A DNA stretch of 64,000 bases from an uncultured delta proteobacterium (GCA_963814585.1 CAWFDF010000010.1:1-64000); one strand, 5' to 3'. Counted from the first letter of the stretch, positions 19,786 through 31,341 are shown. Notes: generated by a model from the letters alone, not told the origin. A program made the numbers and translations.

Positions 19786-21701
19786 ATGACCACCACGGCC
19801 AAGACTCCCAGCGCCCGCGCCGCCGCCTTCGTCCTGACCGCCCTGCTGGCGGTCCCCGTCCACGCCACCGAGTTCGCGCTCGGCGAGGGGTCCTGGGTGG
19901 GCGTCTGGAAGTCCACCCTCACGCAGGGGCTGGGGGTGCGCAACGGGGTCGCCCAGGCCCAGCTGGTCGGCGCCGGCGCCGGCCAGACCTACCCGGCAGG
20001 CACCTTCCCGGGATCCCCGGGCGGCATCCCCATGGAGTTCCCCGGCGCCCACGGCGGGGTCGGCGTGAACGACGACGCCCAGCTCAACTTCAAGTACGGC
20101 GACGTCTTCAGCGCCCCGCTGGCGCTCTCGTCCGAGCTGAGCCTCCGCCACCGGACCGGCCAGGGGCTCTTCGTGCGCGTGCGGGCCTGGTACGACCTGG
20201 CGCTCGAGTCCCAGAACACCCGTCACGGCAACAGCCCCGGCGGCTACCTGACCACCATGGGTCCCGAGGGCATCGATCGGAACATCCACCTCTCCGACGA
20301 CGGCTTCCTCGGCGCGGCCAGGTTCAAGGGCATCGACATCTACGACATCTTCTACTTCGGCAACTTCGACCTGGGCAGCTCGCGCCTGGCCCTGCGGGTC
20401 GGCCGGCAGGCCATCGACTGGGGGAGGGGATCTTCTACCAGGGCATCAGCGCCATCAACCCGATCGACGCGGCCTGGGTGACCATGACCGGAGCCCGGGT
20501 CGCCAACGGCGGGCGGCTCCCGGTCAACCGGATCTACGGCAACCTGGAGCTCCCGGCCGGCTTCAGCGTCGACGCCTTCGTCAACCTCGAGTTCCGCAGC
20601 ACCGTGGTGCCCGGCTGCGGCACCTACTACAGCATGCTCGACATGGGGCTCCACCCCGGCTGCAGCCTGGTCACCGCCGCCGGCCTGCCCGACGCGGTGT
20701 CGCGCGACGTCAAGACCAAGAACTACTACAACGGCAAGCTCTACGCGGGCGGCTACTTCCCCGATGGCGGGCCCGACGCCAACGCCACCCACGCGCCCTC
20801 CAGCTGGAGCGGCTACGGCGCGGCGCTGCACAAGTTCGTCGAGCCCCTGGGGACCGAGTTCGGCCTCTTCTTCGCCAGCTACACCAGCCCCACGCCCATC
20901 CAGGCCCCGGTGGTGGCCGCCGACGGCAGCGCGCTGGGGTTCAACACCAACACCATGTTCGTCGAGGACGTGAAGAGCCTCGCCCTGAGCGCCTCGACCG
21001 GCTTCAGGAACCTGGCCGTGAGCGGCCAGCTCACCGTGACGCTCGACTACCCGGCCCAGCGCAACGCCCCGGCCTTCATCGAGGGCTCGACCCAGGGCAT
21101 CGGCGTCTACAGCTACATGCAGTCGGATTACGCCGGCCGGGAGGCGCCGGGCTACTACCCGCTCGACGTGGTGCAGCTGCAGGGCGGCGGCACCTGGCAG
21201 TTCGGCCGGCTGGTCGGGCTCTCCGACGTGACGCTCACCGGGGAGGCGGTCATGATCTGGAACACCAACCAGCCCTCGGTGGACGGGCCCAACGCCGAGC
21301 GGCTGGGCCGGGCCGGCAACTTCGGCCTGGCCTCCTGGAACCAGCAGGGCTACGTGTGCGACCCCGGGCCGCTCTCCAACGGGATCGTCAACAAGTGCGC
21401 CACCGACGGGTTCACCAGCCCCTTCGCGGCGGGCTACAAGCTGCGGGTGGCGACCGTCTTCAACCCCGCCCCGGGCCTCGCCATCACCCCGGCCCTCACC
21501 TTCAACCAGGACATCACCGGCTACTCCGCCGACGGCGCCGTCGTCGGCGGCCGCAGGACCTACGGGGCCTTCCTGAGGACCGACCTGTTCCAGGAGTACT
21601 TCGTGGAGGTGGCCGGGTTCTGGTACCGGCGCGACACGGAGTACGACCCGGCCCGCGATCGCGGGCAGTACACCTTCGCGGTCGGCTACAACCTCCGCTA
21701 G
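19786..21701 (+). CDS. DUF1302 family outer-membrane protein, frameshift near 20427
   Basis: Signal peptide, NDDAQLNF, RVGRQAIDWG, C-terminal DRGQYTFAVGYNLR; adjacent to DUF1329. Confidence 0.8.
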
Positions 21702-21750
21702 CCAGCACCAGTCCACGGCGGGTCGACCCGCCTGAGAGCGAGACTCGATC

Positions 21751-23158
21751 ATGACGACACTCAAGCGCCTCGTAGTGGCAGCCTGCTTGTCCATGCTGGC
21801 CATGGCCTCCGGGCCAGTGGCCGGCGCCGCCGACCTGACCCCCGCGCAGGCCAAGGCCATCGCCGTCGAGGCCTACATCTACAGCTACCCGCTGGTCATG
21901 ATGGACGTGACCCGCCGCCTGATGACCAACCTCCCGGCCGGGAAGAAGGCTGGCATGGGCCCGGCCAACCTGTTCCACCACTTCCGCGAGTACCCGGCCG
22001 CGGACTTCCGGGAGGTGGTGCGTCCCAACTTCGACACCCTCTACTCCTCCGCCTGGCTCGACCTGACGAAGGAACCGATGATCGTCTCGGTGCCGGACAC
22101 GGCGGGTCGCTACTACCTGCTGCCGCTGATGGACATGTGGTCCGAGGCCTACGCCGTCCCCGGCAAGCGCACCAGTGGCACCGCCGCCGCCAGCTACGCC
22201 ATCGTCCCGAAGGGCTGGAGCGGGAAGTTGCCGGACGGCGTCGAGCGGATCGAGTCGCCCACGGCCTGGAACTGGATCATCGGCCGCACCCAGACCAATG
22301 GACCGAAGGACTACGCAGCGGTCCACGCGGTGCAGGACGGCCTCAAGATCACGCCCCTCTCGCAGTGGGGCAAGAAGGCCAGCGCCGCGGCGTTCGTGTT
22401 CGATGCGACGGTGGAGATGAAGCCGCCACCCGGCCAGATCAAGGCCATGACCGGCGCCACGTACTTCGCCTACGCCATCGGCCTGATGAAGCTCCACCAG
22501 CCCCACCCCACCGACTGGTCGGTGCTGGCGCGCATGAAGCGGCTCGGCCTGGTGCCGGGCCAGCCCTTCGACGTCGCCAAGGCCGACCCGGTGGTCCGCC
22601 AGGCCCTCCTCGAGGCGCCGGCCGAGGCGCTGAAGCAGATCCAGGAGGCCGCGCCCAGGATCGCCCGGGTCGCCAACGGCTGGCAGATGCTGACCGACAC
22701 GGTCGGCGTCTACGGCAACTTCTACCTGAAGCGGGCCGTCCTGGCGCAGATCGGGCTGGGCGCCAACCAGGTCGATGACGCCATCTACCCGATGAACCTG
22801 ACGGACGGCGACGGCCAGCCGGTGGACGGCAACAACGACTACGTCATCCACTTCTCCAAGGCCGAGCTGCCGCCGGTGGACGCCTTCTGGTCGATCACCA
22901 TGTACGACGCCGAGGGCTTCCAGGCCGCCAACCCGCTCAACCGCTTCGCCATCGGCGACCGCGACCCCCTCGAAGTACAACGCCGACGGCTCGCTCGACA
23001 TCTACATGCAGAACGGCTCGCCCGGCGCCGACAAGGAGTCGAACTGGCTGCCGGCCCCCAGGGGGCGCCTCGGCATCACCCTGCGGCTCTACGCCCCGAG
23101 GCCCGAGGTGGCCGACGGCCGCTGGGTCCCGCCGCCGATCCAGCGCGTGAAGAAGTAG
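21751..23158 (+). CDS. DUF1254/DUF1214 exported protein, frameshift near 22970
   Basis: AYIYSYPLV, VRPNFDTLYSSAWLDL, PPVDAFWSITMYD; continues YNADGSLDIY...NWLPAP...LRLYAP in the next frame. Confidence 0.88.
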
Positions 23159-23165
23159 GAGCGGA

Positions 23166-23920
23166 GTGAGGACCCTTCGCAACAGGCCTGGCCGTGGCTC
23201 GCCGTCGCCGGCCTGCTGTGCGCCTGGCCCTCCGCGGCTCGTGCCGCCGACGTCACCGACGAGTACCGGCTGACGGCCTACCCGAGCTACCGCCTCGCCG
23301 AGGAGTGGATCGGCTTCGGGTACGTGGGCATCGTCGCCAAGCCGGAGGGGCACTACACCTCCTACTACCTGGGGAAGGGCGCCTTCTACACCCCGGAGAG
23401 CTGGCTCCAGCTCTGGGCCGGACTCATCGGCGTCTACACGAACTCCACCGATCGCCAGCAACACCCTGGAGCTGCGCCCCTTCGTCGGCATCAAGTTCAT
23501 CGACATGACCGAGCGGCTGAAGTGGCGCTACTTCAACTGGACCCGCTACGAGCTGCGGCTCATCGACACCCTGGACACCGACTCCTGGAAGACCATCTCG
23601 CGGATCCGCAGCCAGTTCCGCCTCGAGGTCCCCCTCGCCTCGGCCGAGCGGGCCTGGACGCCGAGGACCTGGTACGTGTATCCGGAGGTCGAGCCCATCT
23701 GGCGCTCCGACACCGGGACAGATCGACCCGCTCCGCGTGCGCTTCGCGCTCGGCTACATCGCGAACCCCAGGCTGCTGGTCGAGTTCCAGTACTACCTGG
23801 AGTTCACCCAGCCCAGCGGGTCGGGGCTGGTCTGGACCAACAACATCTGGCGCCTCAACTTCAAGGTCTCGACCGACCATGAGCGCCCTGAAGCTGCTGG
23901 CCGGAGGCTTCGACGACTAG
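23166..23920 (+). CDS. DUF2490-like outer-membrane beta-barrel protein, several frameshifts
   Basis: Joined frames give LELRPFVG, RYELR, SRIRSQFRLEVPL, RVRFALGY, VEFQY; amphipathic strands. Confidence 0.65.
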
Positions 23921-23984
23921 GCCGCCGGGGCAGGCCGGCGCGGAACATGAACCCGGTAGGACCCGAACGAGAAGGAGACTCGAC

Positions 23985-26490
23985 ATGGTGAGACTGAAGA
24001 AGAGCTGGGTGCAGGGGCTGCTGGCCGCGACGCTGGCGGCGTCGATGGGGTCGCAGACGCAGATCGCGCAGGCAGCACCGGCCGCTCCTGTCGGCCAGCC
24101 GGCCCCGGCCGCACCTGCCGCGTCAGCCACGCCGGTCCCGGCCTGGAAGCTGGACCGCACCATCCTGCCCATCCCGGAGCCGACCTACCCGGCCATCACC
24201 GAGCTCGACGTCCGCAAGGCCACGCCGCCGCCCCGCTTCGAGGTGAAGCCTCCCGAGGGTGCGCCCAACGTGCTGGTGATCCTCATCGACGACATGGGCT
24301 TCGGCATCCCCAGCGCCTTCGGCGGGCCGGTCCACATGCCGACCGCCGATCGCCTGGCCCAGTCCGGGCTGCGCTACAACGCCTTCCACAACACGGCGGT
24401 CTGCTCGCCGACGCGGACCGCCTTGCTGAGCGGCCGGAACCACCACAGCAACAACATGGCCGGGATCACCGAGACGGCCACCGCCTTCCCCGGCAACACC
24501 GGGCAGCGCCCCAACAGCGTGGCGCCGCTCGCCGAGATGCTGCGCCTCAACGGCTACAGCACCGCCGCCTACGGCAAGAGCCACGAGACGGCGCCGTGGG
24601 AGACCAGCCCGTCCGGCCCGACCGACCGCTGGCCGACGCGCTCCGGCTTCGACGAGTTCTACGGCTTCATCGGCGGCGAGACCAACCAGTGGGCGCCGAG
24701 CCTCTACCACGGCATGACCCAGGTGGAGGTGCCGAAGGACCCGAACTACCACTTCATGACCGACATGACCGACAAGGCCATCGCCTGGGTGAAGTTCCAG
24801 AAGGCGCTGACGCCCGACCGGCCGTTCTTCATGTACTTCGCGCCGGGCGCCACCCACGCCCCGCACCACGTGCCCAAGGCCTGGATCGAGAAGTACAAGG
24901 GGAAGTTCGACCAGGGCTGGGACGCGCTGCGCCAGGAGACGCTGGCCCGGCAGATCAAGCTCGGCGTGGTGCCGGCCGGCACCAAGCTCGCCCCCAAGCC
25001 CGAGGCCATCAAGGACTGGGCCACGCTGTCGGCCGACGAGAAGAAGCTCTTCACGCGCCAGATGGAGATCTACGCCGCCTTCGGCGAGTACACCGACACC
25101 GAGATCGGCCGGCTCGTCGACGCCGTCGGGAAGACCGGCCAGCTCGACAACACGCTGATCATCTACATCCTCGGCGACAACGGCACCAGCGCCGAGGGCG
25201 GCATGAACGGCATGTACAACGAGTACACCTACTTCAACGGCGTGCAGGAGTCGGTCGGCGAGATCCTCAAGCACTACGACGATCTCGGCGGGCCCATGTC
25301 CTACGCCCACATGTCGGCGGGCTGGGCGGTGGCCGGCGACGCGCCGTTCTCCTGGACCAAGCAGGTCGGCTCCGACTTCGGCGGCAACCGGACCGGCATG
25401 ATCGTCTCCTGGCCGAAGCGGGTCACGGCCCGGGGCGAGGTGCGCTCGCAGTTCCACCACGTCATCGACGTGGCGCCCACCGTGCTCGAGGCGGCCGGCC
25501 TGCCGGAGCCGAAGAGCGTCAATGGGACGCCCCAGAGGCCGATCGAGGGCGTGAGCCTGGCCTACACCTTCGGCGACGCCAAGGCGGAGGGCCGGCACCA
25601 GGTCCAGTACTTCGAGATGTTCGGCAACCGCGCCATGTACGCCGACGGCTGGTTCGCCAGGACCATCCACAAGGCGCCGTGGGAGCCGAAGCCGCGCGCG
25701 CCGCTGCTCGAGGACACGTGGGAGCTCTACGACACGCGCACCGACTTCAGCCTCGCCAACGACCTGGCGGCGCAGAACCCCGCCAAGCTGAAGGAGCTGC
25801 AGGACCTCTTCCTGGTGGAGGCGGTGAAGTACAACGTGCTGCCCATCGACGACCGGGTCATCGAGCGGCTCAACGCCAAGCTGGTGGGCCGGCCGGATCT
25901 CATGGGTGACCGCACCTCGCTCACCCTGGGCGAGGGGATGAAGGGGATGTCGGAGAACGTCTTCCTCAACATCAAGAACCGCTCGCTCACCATCACCGCC
26001 GACCTGGTGATCCCCAAGGCCGGCGCCAACGGCGTGGTCATCTCCCAGGGCGGACGGGTCGGCGGCTGGAGCCTCTACTTCAAGGACGGCAAGCCGAGGT
26101 ACCACTACAACTTCCTCGGCATGCAGCGCTTCACGGTGGCCTCGAAGCAGGCCGTGCCGGCCGGCAAGGCGAAGCTCCGCTTCGAGTTCGCCTACGACGG
26201 TGGCGGCATCGCCAAGGGCGGCCTGGGCACCATCTACGTGAACGACAAGAAGGTCGCGGAGGGGCGGATCGAGCGCACCCAGCCGATGTTCTTCTCCGCC
26301 GACGAGACCGCCGACGTGGGCGTGGACGAGGCCATGCCGGTGACCGAGGACTACAAGAAGGGTGACAACGCCTTCACCGGCCGGATCGAGCAGGTCACCA
26401 TCGAGGTGAAGCCGGTGGGGGTGGGCACGCAGGCCGAGGCGAAGAAGGCCGCCGCGGAGACCAGCCAGGAAGCTCGAAGAGGCGAAGTGA
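23985..26490 (+). CDS. Exported Cys-type arylsulfatase with C-terminal beta-rich domain; frameshift just before the true stop
   Basis: PNVLVILIDDMGF, CSPTR signature, GRNHH, YGKSH, GDNG; TGA at 26488-26490 in a shifted frame. Confidence 0.9.
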
Positions 26491-26717
26491 CCGGGGGTCG
26501 CTCCCCGGTCCGCCGGGGAGCGACCATCGGCGAGCCATGGACCACGCCGACCGTGGCCACCTCAGGCTTCGGCACGGTCGGCGGCGTGTGGTGGAGCGCC
26601 CGGTCGCCGCACCACCGCGATGGTGGGCGGCACCGGGGCGGCCCCGTCCGGGCCCCGGGATCGCACGGGCCCCAAATCGGGCTGCTCCGTTCCTGCGCGA
26701 TCGCTATACTGCGCCCC

Positions 26718-27522
26718 ATGCGCAAGCCCTCCGCCGTCGTCAGCCGCCTCCTGCCGCTCCTCGCCGTCCTGGCGCTGCCGGGCCTCGCCCTGGCGCAGTA
26801 CGCGCCCTACGCCCCACCGCCGACGGCGCCACCGCCGCCTCCACCTCCGGCCTACCCGCCGCCGCCGCCCGGCTACCCGCCCGGCTACGGGCCGCCGCCG
26901 GCGCACTACTCGCCCGCAGCAGCAGCAGGTCCCGGTCCAGCAGAGCGGCGGCCGGATCCAGCTCAGCGGCTTCGCCGGCTGGATCACCAGCTCCGACATC
27001 TACATGGGCGCCGGCAAGCTGCGCATCGACCCCACCGTCAGCTACGGCGCCGAGGTCGCCTTCGCCGGCGGGCCCGGCACCAAGCTCGCGCTCAAGTGGA
27101 TCTACTACAAGCCCGACGTCCAGTTCGTCAGCCAGTCCTACTCCTACTCCAGCAGCAACGTCTTCGGCGTCGGCACCAACTACTTCCTCATCGCCGGCGA
27201 GAAGGGCTACCGCCGCGGCAAGGTCGAGCCCTTCTTCGGCGGCTCGTTCGGCGGCGTCTGGTACACGCCCGACTCCTTCAAGATGGGTGTCCAGAGCTAC
27301 AACCCCGGCGACTCCTGGTACTTCGCCTTCGGCATCGCCGCTGGCGCCAAGATCTTCGTGGCCGACAAGGTGGCGCTGAGGCTCGGCATCGAGATGCTGG
27401 CCCCCCTCTACTTCTCGGGGGGCTACTTCTACGCCGGCACCGGAGGCTCCGGCATGGCGGTGTCGGGCGGCATCCCGACCGTCTCCGGCAACTTCACCGC
27501 CGGCCTCACCTTCGCACCCTGA
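26718..27522 (+). CDS. Outer-membrane beta-barrel protein with Pro-rich N-terminal linker; frameshift near 26913
   Basis: Signal peptide MRKPSAVV...ALA, poly-Pro, then strands VEPFFGGSFG, GNFTAGLTFAP in ORF 26620..27522. Confidence 0.75.
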
Positions 27523-27545
27523 CCATCGGCGGGGCGTCCCGCGCC

Positions 27546-29207
27546 ATGACCTCGCTTCACCACGACCCGGCCATCCGCCGGGTCGTGGCCTGTCTGGGCT
27601 CGCTCTGGCTCGCGGTGGCCGCGCCGGCAGTGTCGGCTGCGCCCGCGGCGCCGACGGAGGGCGACGACCCGCCGCCGGCGCGGGCCGAAGACGCGGCGCT
27701 GGCGGGAACGGAGGGCTGGCCGGCCACCAACGCCCGTTTCCAGCCCGGTCCGCCGAGCCTCGAGGCACGGCCGCGGCCGGACCTCGAGCTCGCCTCCACC
27801 CCGAGCCTGGGAGTTCCGCGGCTCGAGCCTGGGACCCTCGTCGCGCCACCGGCGCCGGGACCGACCCCCTGGCGTGCCGTGGCGGAGGAAGGCATCGTGC
27901 TCGGGGTCTGCTACGTGGGCTACCGGGTCGTCCAGCCGCCGGCCAACGGCTCGCACCCCGTGTCCCTCCGAGACAAGCTGCTCTTCGCGGCCGGCGCCTG
28001 GGGCTTCGACGCCGACAGGTATGACACCAACTACGTCGGGCACCCGGGGGCGGGGCTGGTCTTCTACCAGGTGGCCCGGGGAAACCGGCTCGGCGTCGGG
28101 GCGTCGCTGGGCCTGACGCTGGCCTCGGCCTGGGCCTGGGAGCTGGCGGAGACCGAGGAGCTGGCCTCGATCCACGACGTGATCTCGACCACCGCCGGTG
28201 GCTTCGCCCTCGGGGAGGCCTTCGGGCAGCTGGCGGAGTGGTTCGGCCAGCGCGAGGGCGCCGTGGCGCGGGTGGCCAGCGTCCTCTTCCAGCTGCCGCG
28301 CGCCCTTCACGACTGGCGCGACGACGCGCCGCCAGCACCCCCGGTCCGCTGGGGGCTGGCCGACGTCTCGGCCTGGACCTCCGCCGGCCTGAGCTGGCCG
28401 CGGCCGGGCGGGGACGCCGCCGAGCTGCGCTTCGGTGGCGGGTCCCGGCTGGTCCGCGCCGCCGAGGTGGGCGCGCCCGGCGCCGGCTGGCTGGTGCTCC
28501 CCGCCGGCGACGTCGTCTCGCTGGCGGGGGAGGTGGCCGTCGGCAGGCCTGGCGTGGTCGAGGTGGGCCTGCAGGCGCTGGCCTCGCTGGCCGGGCTCCA
28601 TGGCCGCGACCTCGACGCCGCCGGCGACGGCCACGATCTCCTCGCCACCCTGAGCCTCGGCTACGACTACCTGCGCCGCGCCGAGCCGGTGGCCGGGGGC
28701 TGGGCCAACGACGGCCTGGCGCTGCTGCGGGTCCCGGGCGTGGAGCTGGTGGCCGGCCTCCGGCGCGGCGAGCTGCGCGCCGAGCTGGGGCTGGAGGCCG
28801 CCCTCACGCTCGGTGGCGTGGTGTCGCTCCCGCTGCTCGGCCGCTCCGGTGACCTGCCCGGCGCGCCCGGTCCCATGAGGATCCAGGGCTACTACCACGG
28901 GGTGGGCGGCCTGCTGGCCCCGCGCGCCTCGCTGGCCCTGGGTCCAGTCTCGCTGCTGGTCGCCTGGCGGTACGATGGGCTGCGGGCCGTCGAGCGCTGG
29001 GACGTCTCGCCGCCCCCGGATGGCGGCCAGCTGGCGCTGCGAGACGAGCGGCGCGATCTCCGGATCGGCCTGACGTGGCGAACGCCATGGGCCGGGGTGC
29101 GGCTCCATGCCTCGGCGGAGCGCCGAGACCGCTGGGGCAGGGCCGGCGACGCGACGGCCACCCTCCGGGACTCGACGGCGCTGGTGGGCATGGCGGTGAC
29201 GCCGTGA
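27546..29207 (+). CDS. DUF3943-like exported/outer-membrane protein
   Basis: WGFDADRYDTNYVGHPGAG, SAWAWELAE, SIHDVIST; signal-like N-terminus. Confidence 0.65.
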   Translation: MTSLHHDPAIRRVVACLGSLWLAVAAPAVSAAPAAPTEGDDPPPARAEDAALAGTEGWPATNARFQPGPPSLEARPRPDLELASTPSLGVPRLEPGTLVAPPAPGPTPWRAVAEEGIVLGVCYVGYRVVQPPANGSHPVSLRDKLLFAAGAWGFDADRYDTNYVGHPGAGLVFYQVARGNRLGVGASLGLTLASAWAWELAETEELASIHDVISTTAGGFALGEAFGQLAEWFGQREGAVARVASVLFQLPRALHDWRDDAPPAPPVRWGLADVSAWTSAGLSWPRPGGDAAELRFGGGSRLVRAAEVGAPGAGWLVLPAGDVVSLAGEVAVGRPGVVEVGLQALASLAGLHGRDLDAAGDGHDLLATLSLGYDYLRRAEPVAGGWANDGLALLRVPGVELVAGLRRGELRAELGLEAALTLGGVVSLPLLGRSGDLPGAPGPMRIQGYYHGVGGLLAPRASLALGPVSLLVAWRYDGLRAVERWDVSPPPDGGQLALRDERRDLRIGLTWRTPWAGVRLHASAERRDRWGRAGDATATLRDSTALVGMAVTP

Positions 29208-29208
29208 A

Positions 29209-29226
29209 CCTCGAAAAACTACGAGG
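29209..29226. promoter_or_regulatory. Putative regulator site, copy 3 (CCTCGAAAAACTACGAGG)
   Basis: Inverted repeat AACCTCG-N8-CGAGGTT; reverse complement CCTCGTAGTTTTTCGAGG matches copy 1 at 15/18. Confidence 0.55.
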
Positions 29227-29346
29227 TTGCAGCCGCCGGGGGCGAGGCTCCGAGCCCCCACTGGTACTCGACGAGGCCGTACCCCGCGCGAGTGAGGTGG
29301 GGTAGGATTCGCTCCCTTCCAACCGAAGAGTGCCGAGGATCCCAAC

Positions 29347-29946
29347 ATGACGGACCTGAAGCGAAGCGGACTCGGAGTGGTGCTGGCGGGCGTCGGCCTG
29401 CTGGCCGCCGGCTGCGCCACCGGAAAGCCGGACAAGCTGCCCACCTACACCGAGACCCGCACCGAGAAGGCCACCGCCACCGTGGTGGCCATCGACCAGG
29501 CCACCCGGAAGGTGACGCTCAAGCCGGAGAAGGGCGAGGCCTTCGACTTCGTGGCCGGCCCCCAGGTGAAGAACCTGGCCCAGGTGCAGGTGGGCGACAC
29601 GGTCACGGTGGAGTACGTCGAGTCGATCGCGCTCGAGGTCCGTCGCGGCGACGGCACGCAGCCCGACGTCGCGGTCGGCGTCGCCGGCGGTGCCGCCAAG
29701 CCGGGCGAGAAGCCGGCCGCCGCCATCGGCGACTCGGTCACCATCTCGGCCGTGATCGTGGCCATCGACACCGCCACCCTCCGGGTCACCGTCAAGGGGC
29801 CGCAGGGCAACGTGCGGGTCCTGCAGGCCAAGGATCCGAAGAAGGTCGCCGCCGTGAAGGTGGGCGACATGGTCTACGTGACCTACACCGAGGCGCTCGG
29901 CATCTCGGTCGACAAGGCGGCCCCCGCGGCCGCTCCGGCGAAGTAG
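29347..29946 (+). CDS. Lipoprotein with two internal beta-rich (OB-fold-like) repeats
   Basis: Lipobox AAGC; repeats VVAIDQATRKVTLK...VGDTVTVEY and IVAIDTATLRVTVK...VGDMVYVTY. Confidence 0.8.
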   Translation: MTDLKRSGLGVVLAGVGLLAAGCATGKPDKLPTYTETRTEKATATVVAIDQATRKVTLKPEKGEAFDFVAGPQVKNLAQVQVGDTVTVEYVESIALEVRRGDGTQPDVAVGVAGGAAKPGEKPAAAIGDSVTISAVIVAIDTATLRVTVKGPQGNVRVLQAKDPKKVAAVKVGDMVYVTYTEALGISVDKAAPAAAPAK

Positions 29947-29970
29947 GCGACACCCCTTCAGGAGGAAGCC

Positions 29971-30627
29971 ATGAGACTGCATCGACCCCTGCTGACCCTC
30001 GCCGCCACCGCGGCCCTGGCCGGCTGCTACGTCCCCAGCGCGCCCGACGAGGTGCTCTACGGCGTCGTGACCGCGACCAACTACAAGGCGGGCGAGAACT
30101 TCGCCGCCTTCCCCAACGTGCTGGTCAACCAGACCATCCCCGTGATCGACAACACCAGCACCAGCGCGGGCATCAGCGCGGCGGCCCAGGCGGAGATCAT
30201 CGCGCAGATCACCGACAACCTGGTGGCCCATGGCTACACCGAGTTCGTCGACGCGGCCGGAGCCGGCCCCGACACCCTGAGGGTCGGCGCCTACGCGCTC
30301 TTCGGTGACGTGGACATGTACTACAGCAGCTACTGGTGCTCGTACTGGTACTACTACTACTGCTACCCGACCTACGGCTACGCGGGCAGCTACAACTACG
30401 GGACGCTCCTCATCGAGGCGGGCCGCGAGCTGTACACCCCGGGCCAGCCGCCCGTGAGCGGGCTCCCCCCCGGGACGGCCCCGCCCCAGAGCAAGCTGGC
30501 CTGGACCAGCGTCAGCTACGGCGTGCTGGCGGGCCCGGCCCAGGTGACCCCCGTGTCACCGGGCTTCGACAAGCTCCTCGCCTCCATCGACCAGGCCTTC
30601 GCCCAGTCGCCCTACTTCACCAAGTGA
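29971..30627 (+). CDS. DUF4136-like lipoprotein
   Basis: GGAGG RBS, lipobox LAGC, Tyr/Trp-rich loop then YNYGTLLIE, ends IDQAFAQSPYF. Confidence 0.7.
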   Translation: MRLHRPLLTLAATAALAGCYVPSAPDEVLYGVVTATNYKAGENFAAFPNVLVNQTIPVIDNTSTSAGISAAAQAEIIAQITDNLVAHGYTEFVDAAGAGPDTLRVGAYALFGDVDMYYSSYWCSYWYYYYCYPTYGYAGSYNYGTLLIEAGRELYTPGQPPVSGLPPGTAPPQSKLAWTSVSYGVLAGPAQVTPVSPGFDKLLASIDQAFAQSPYFTK

Positions 30628-30644
30628 GCGCGAGGACCAACGCC

Positions 30645-31298
30645 ATGACCACCATCATCCGCAGCGCGGCCTTCGCCCTCCTCGTCCTCCTGGCCGTCCC
30701 GGCCCGGGCCCAGGACGCCATGTTCGACCCCATGGACTCCGGCAGCTACCGGCCGGACAAGTCGATCTGGTCGCTCAACTGGGAGATCGCCCAGCCCGTC
30801 GGCGAGTTCTCCGACTACGTCGACCGGACCAGCCTGTCCGGCTTCTCGCTCGAGTCGCGCTCCATGGTCCGCAAGAGCGTCTCGGCCGGCATCTCCTTCT
30901 CCTACAACCGCTTCGACCAGACCTTCCCGAGCGAGCAGAGGACCACCGGCACCACGACCATCACGGCGCCGGTCTTCCGCTACGCCGACATGTTCGGCAT
31001 CCGGCTGCTCGGCCACTACTACTTCTTCGAAGGGCACATGGTGCAGCCCTACATCGGCGGCGGCATCGGCGGCGTCTGGGCCTACGGCTACGAGCAGACG
31101 GCCGACCTCTCCACCAGCGAGAGCAGCTTCAACTTCATCGTCAGCCCGGAGGCCGGGGCGCTGATCCAGCTGGCGCGCGGGGCCACCAACCTGGGGCTCA
31201 ACCTGGCCGTCCGCTACACCTACACCACGGCGGCCATGGGCAGCACCAAGGACGACCAGACCTTCTCCGGGATCGTCGGCCTGATGTGGTCGTACTGA
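30645..31298 (+). CDS. Small outer-membrane beta-barrel protein
   Basis: Signal peptide, VQPYIGGGIG, SPEAG, ends GLMWSY. Confidence 0.8.
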   Translation: MTTIIRSAAFALLVLLAVPARAQDAMFDPMDSGSYRPDKSIWSLNWEIAQPVGEFSDYVDRTSLSGFSLESRSMVRKSVSAGISFSYNRFDQTFPSEQRTTGTTTITAPVFRYADMFGIRLLGHYYFFEGHMVQPYIGGGIGGVWAYGYEQTADLSTSESSFNFIVSPEAGALIQLARGATNLGLNLAVRYTYTTAAMGSTKDDQTFSGIVGLMWSY

Positions 31299-31313
31299 TG
31301 CGTTGAGGCGGCG

Positions 31314-31341
31314 CCGGGCGGGCCCGAGAGGGCTCGCCCGG
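31314..31341. terminator. GC-rich hairpin between convergent units
   Basis: CCGGGCGGGCCC-GAGA-GGGCTCGCCCGG; no U-tract. Confidence 0.5.

Noticed and set aside
23985..29207. 1740-aa sulfatase mega-fusion ORF
   Set aside because: It spans three genes, each with its own signal-like start; read-through arises from frameshifts near 26465 and 26913, and the linking parts are off-frame sequence
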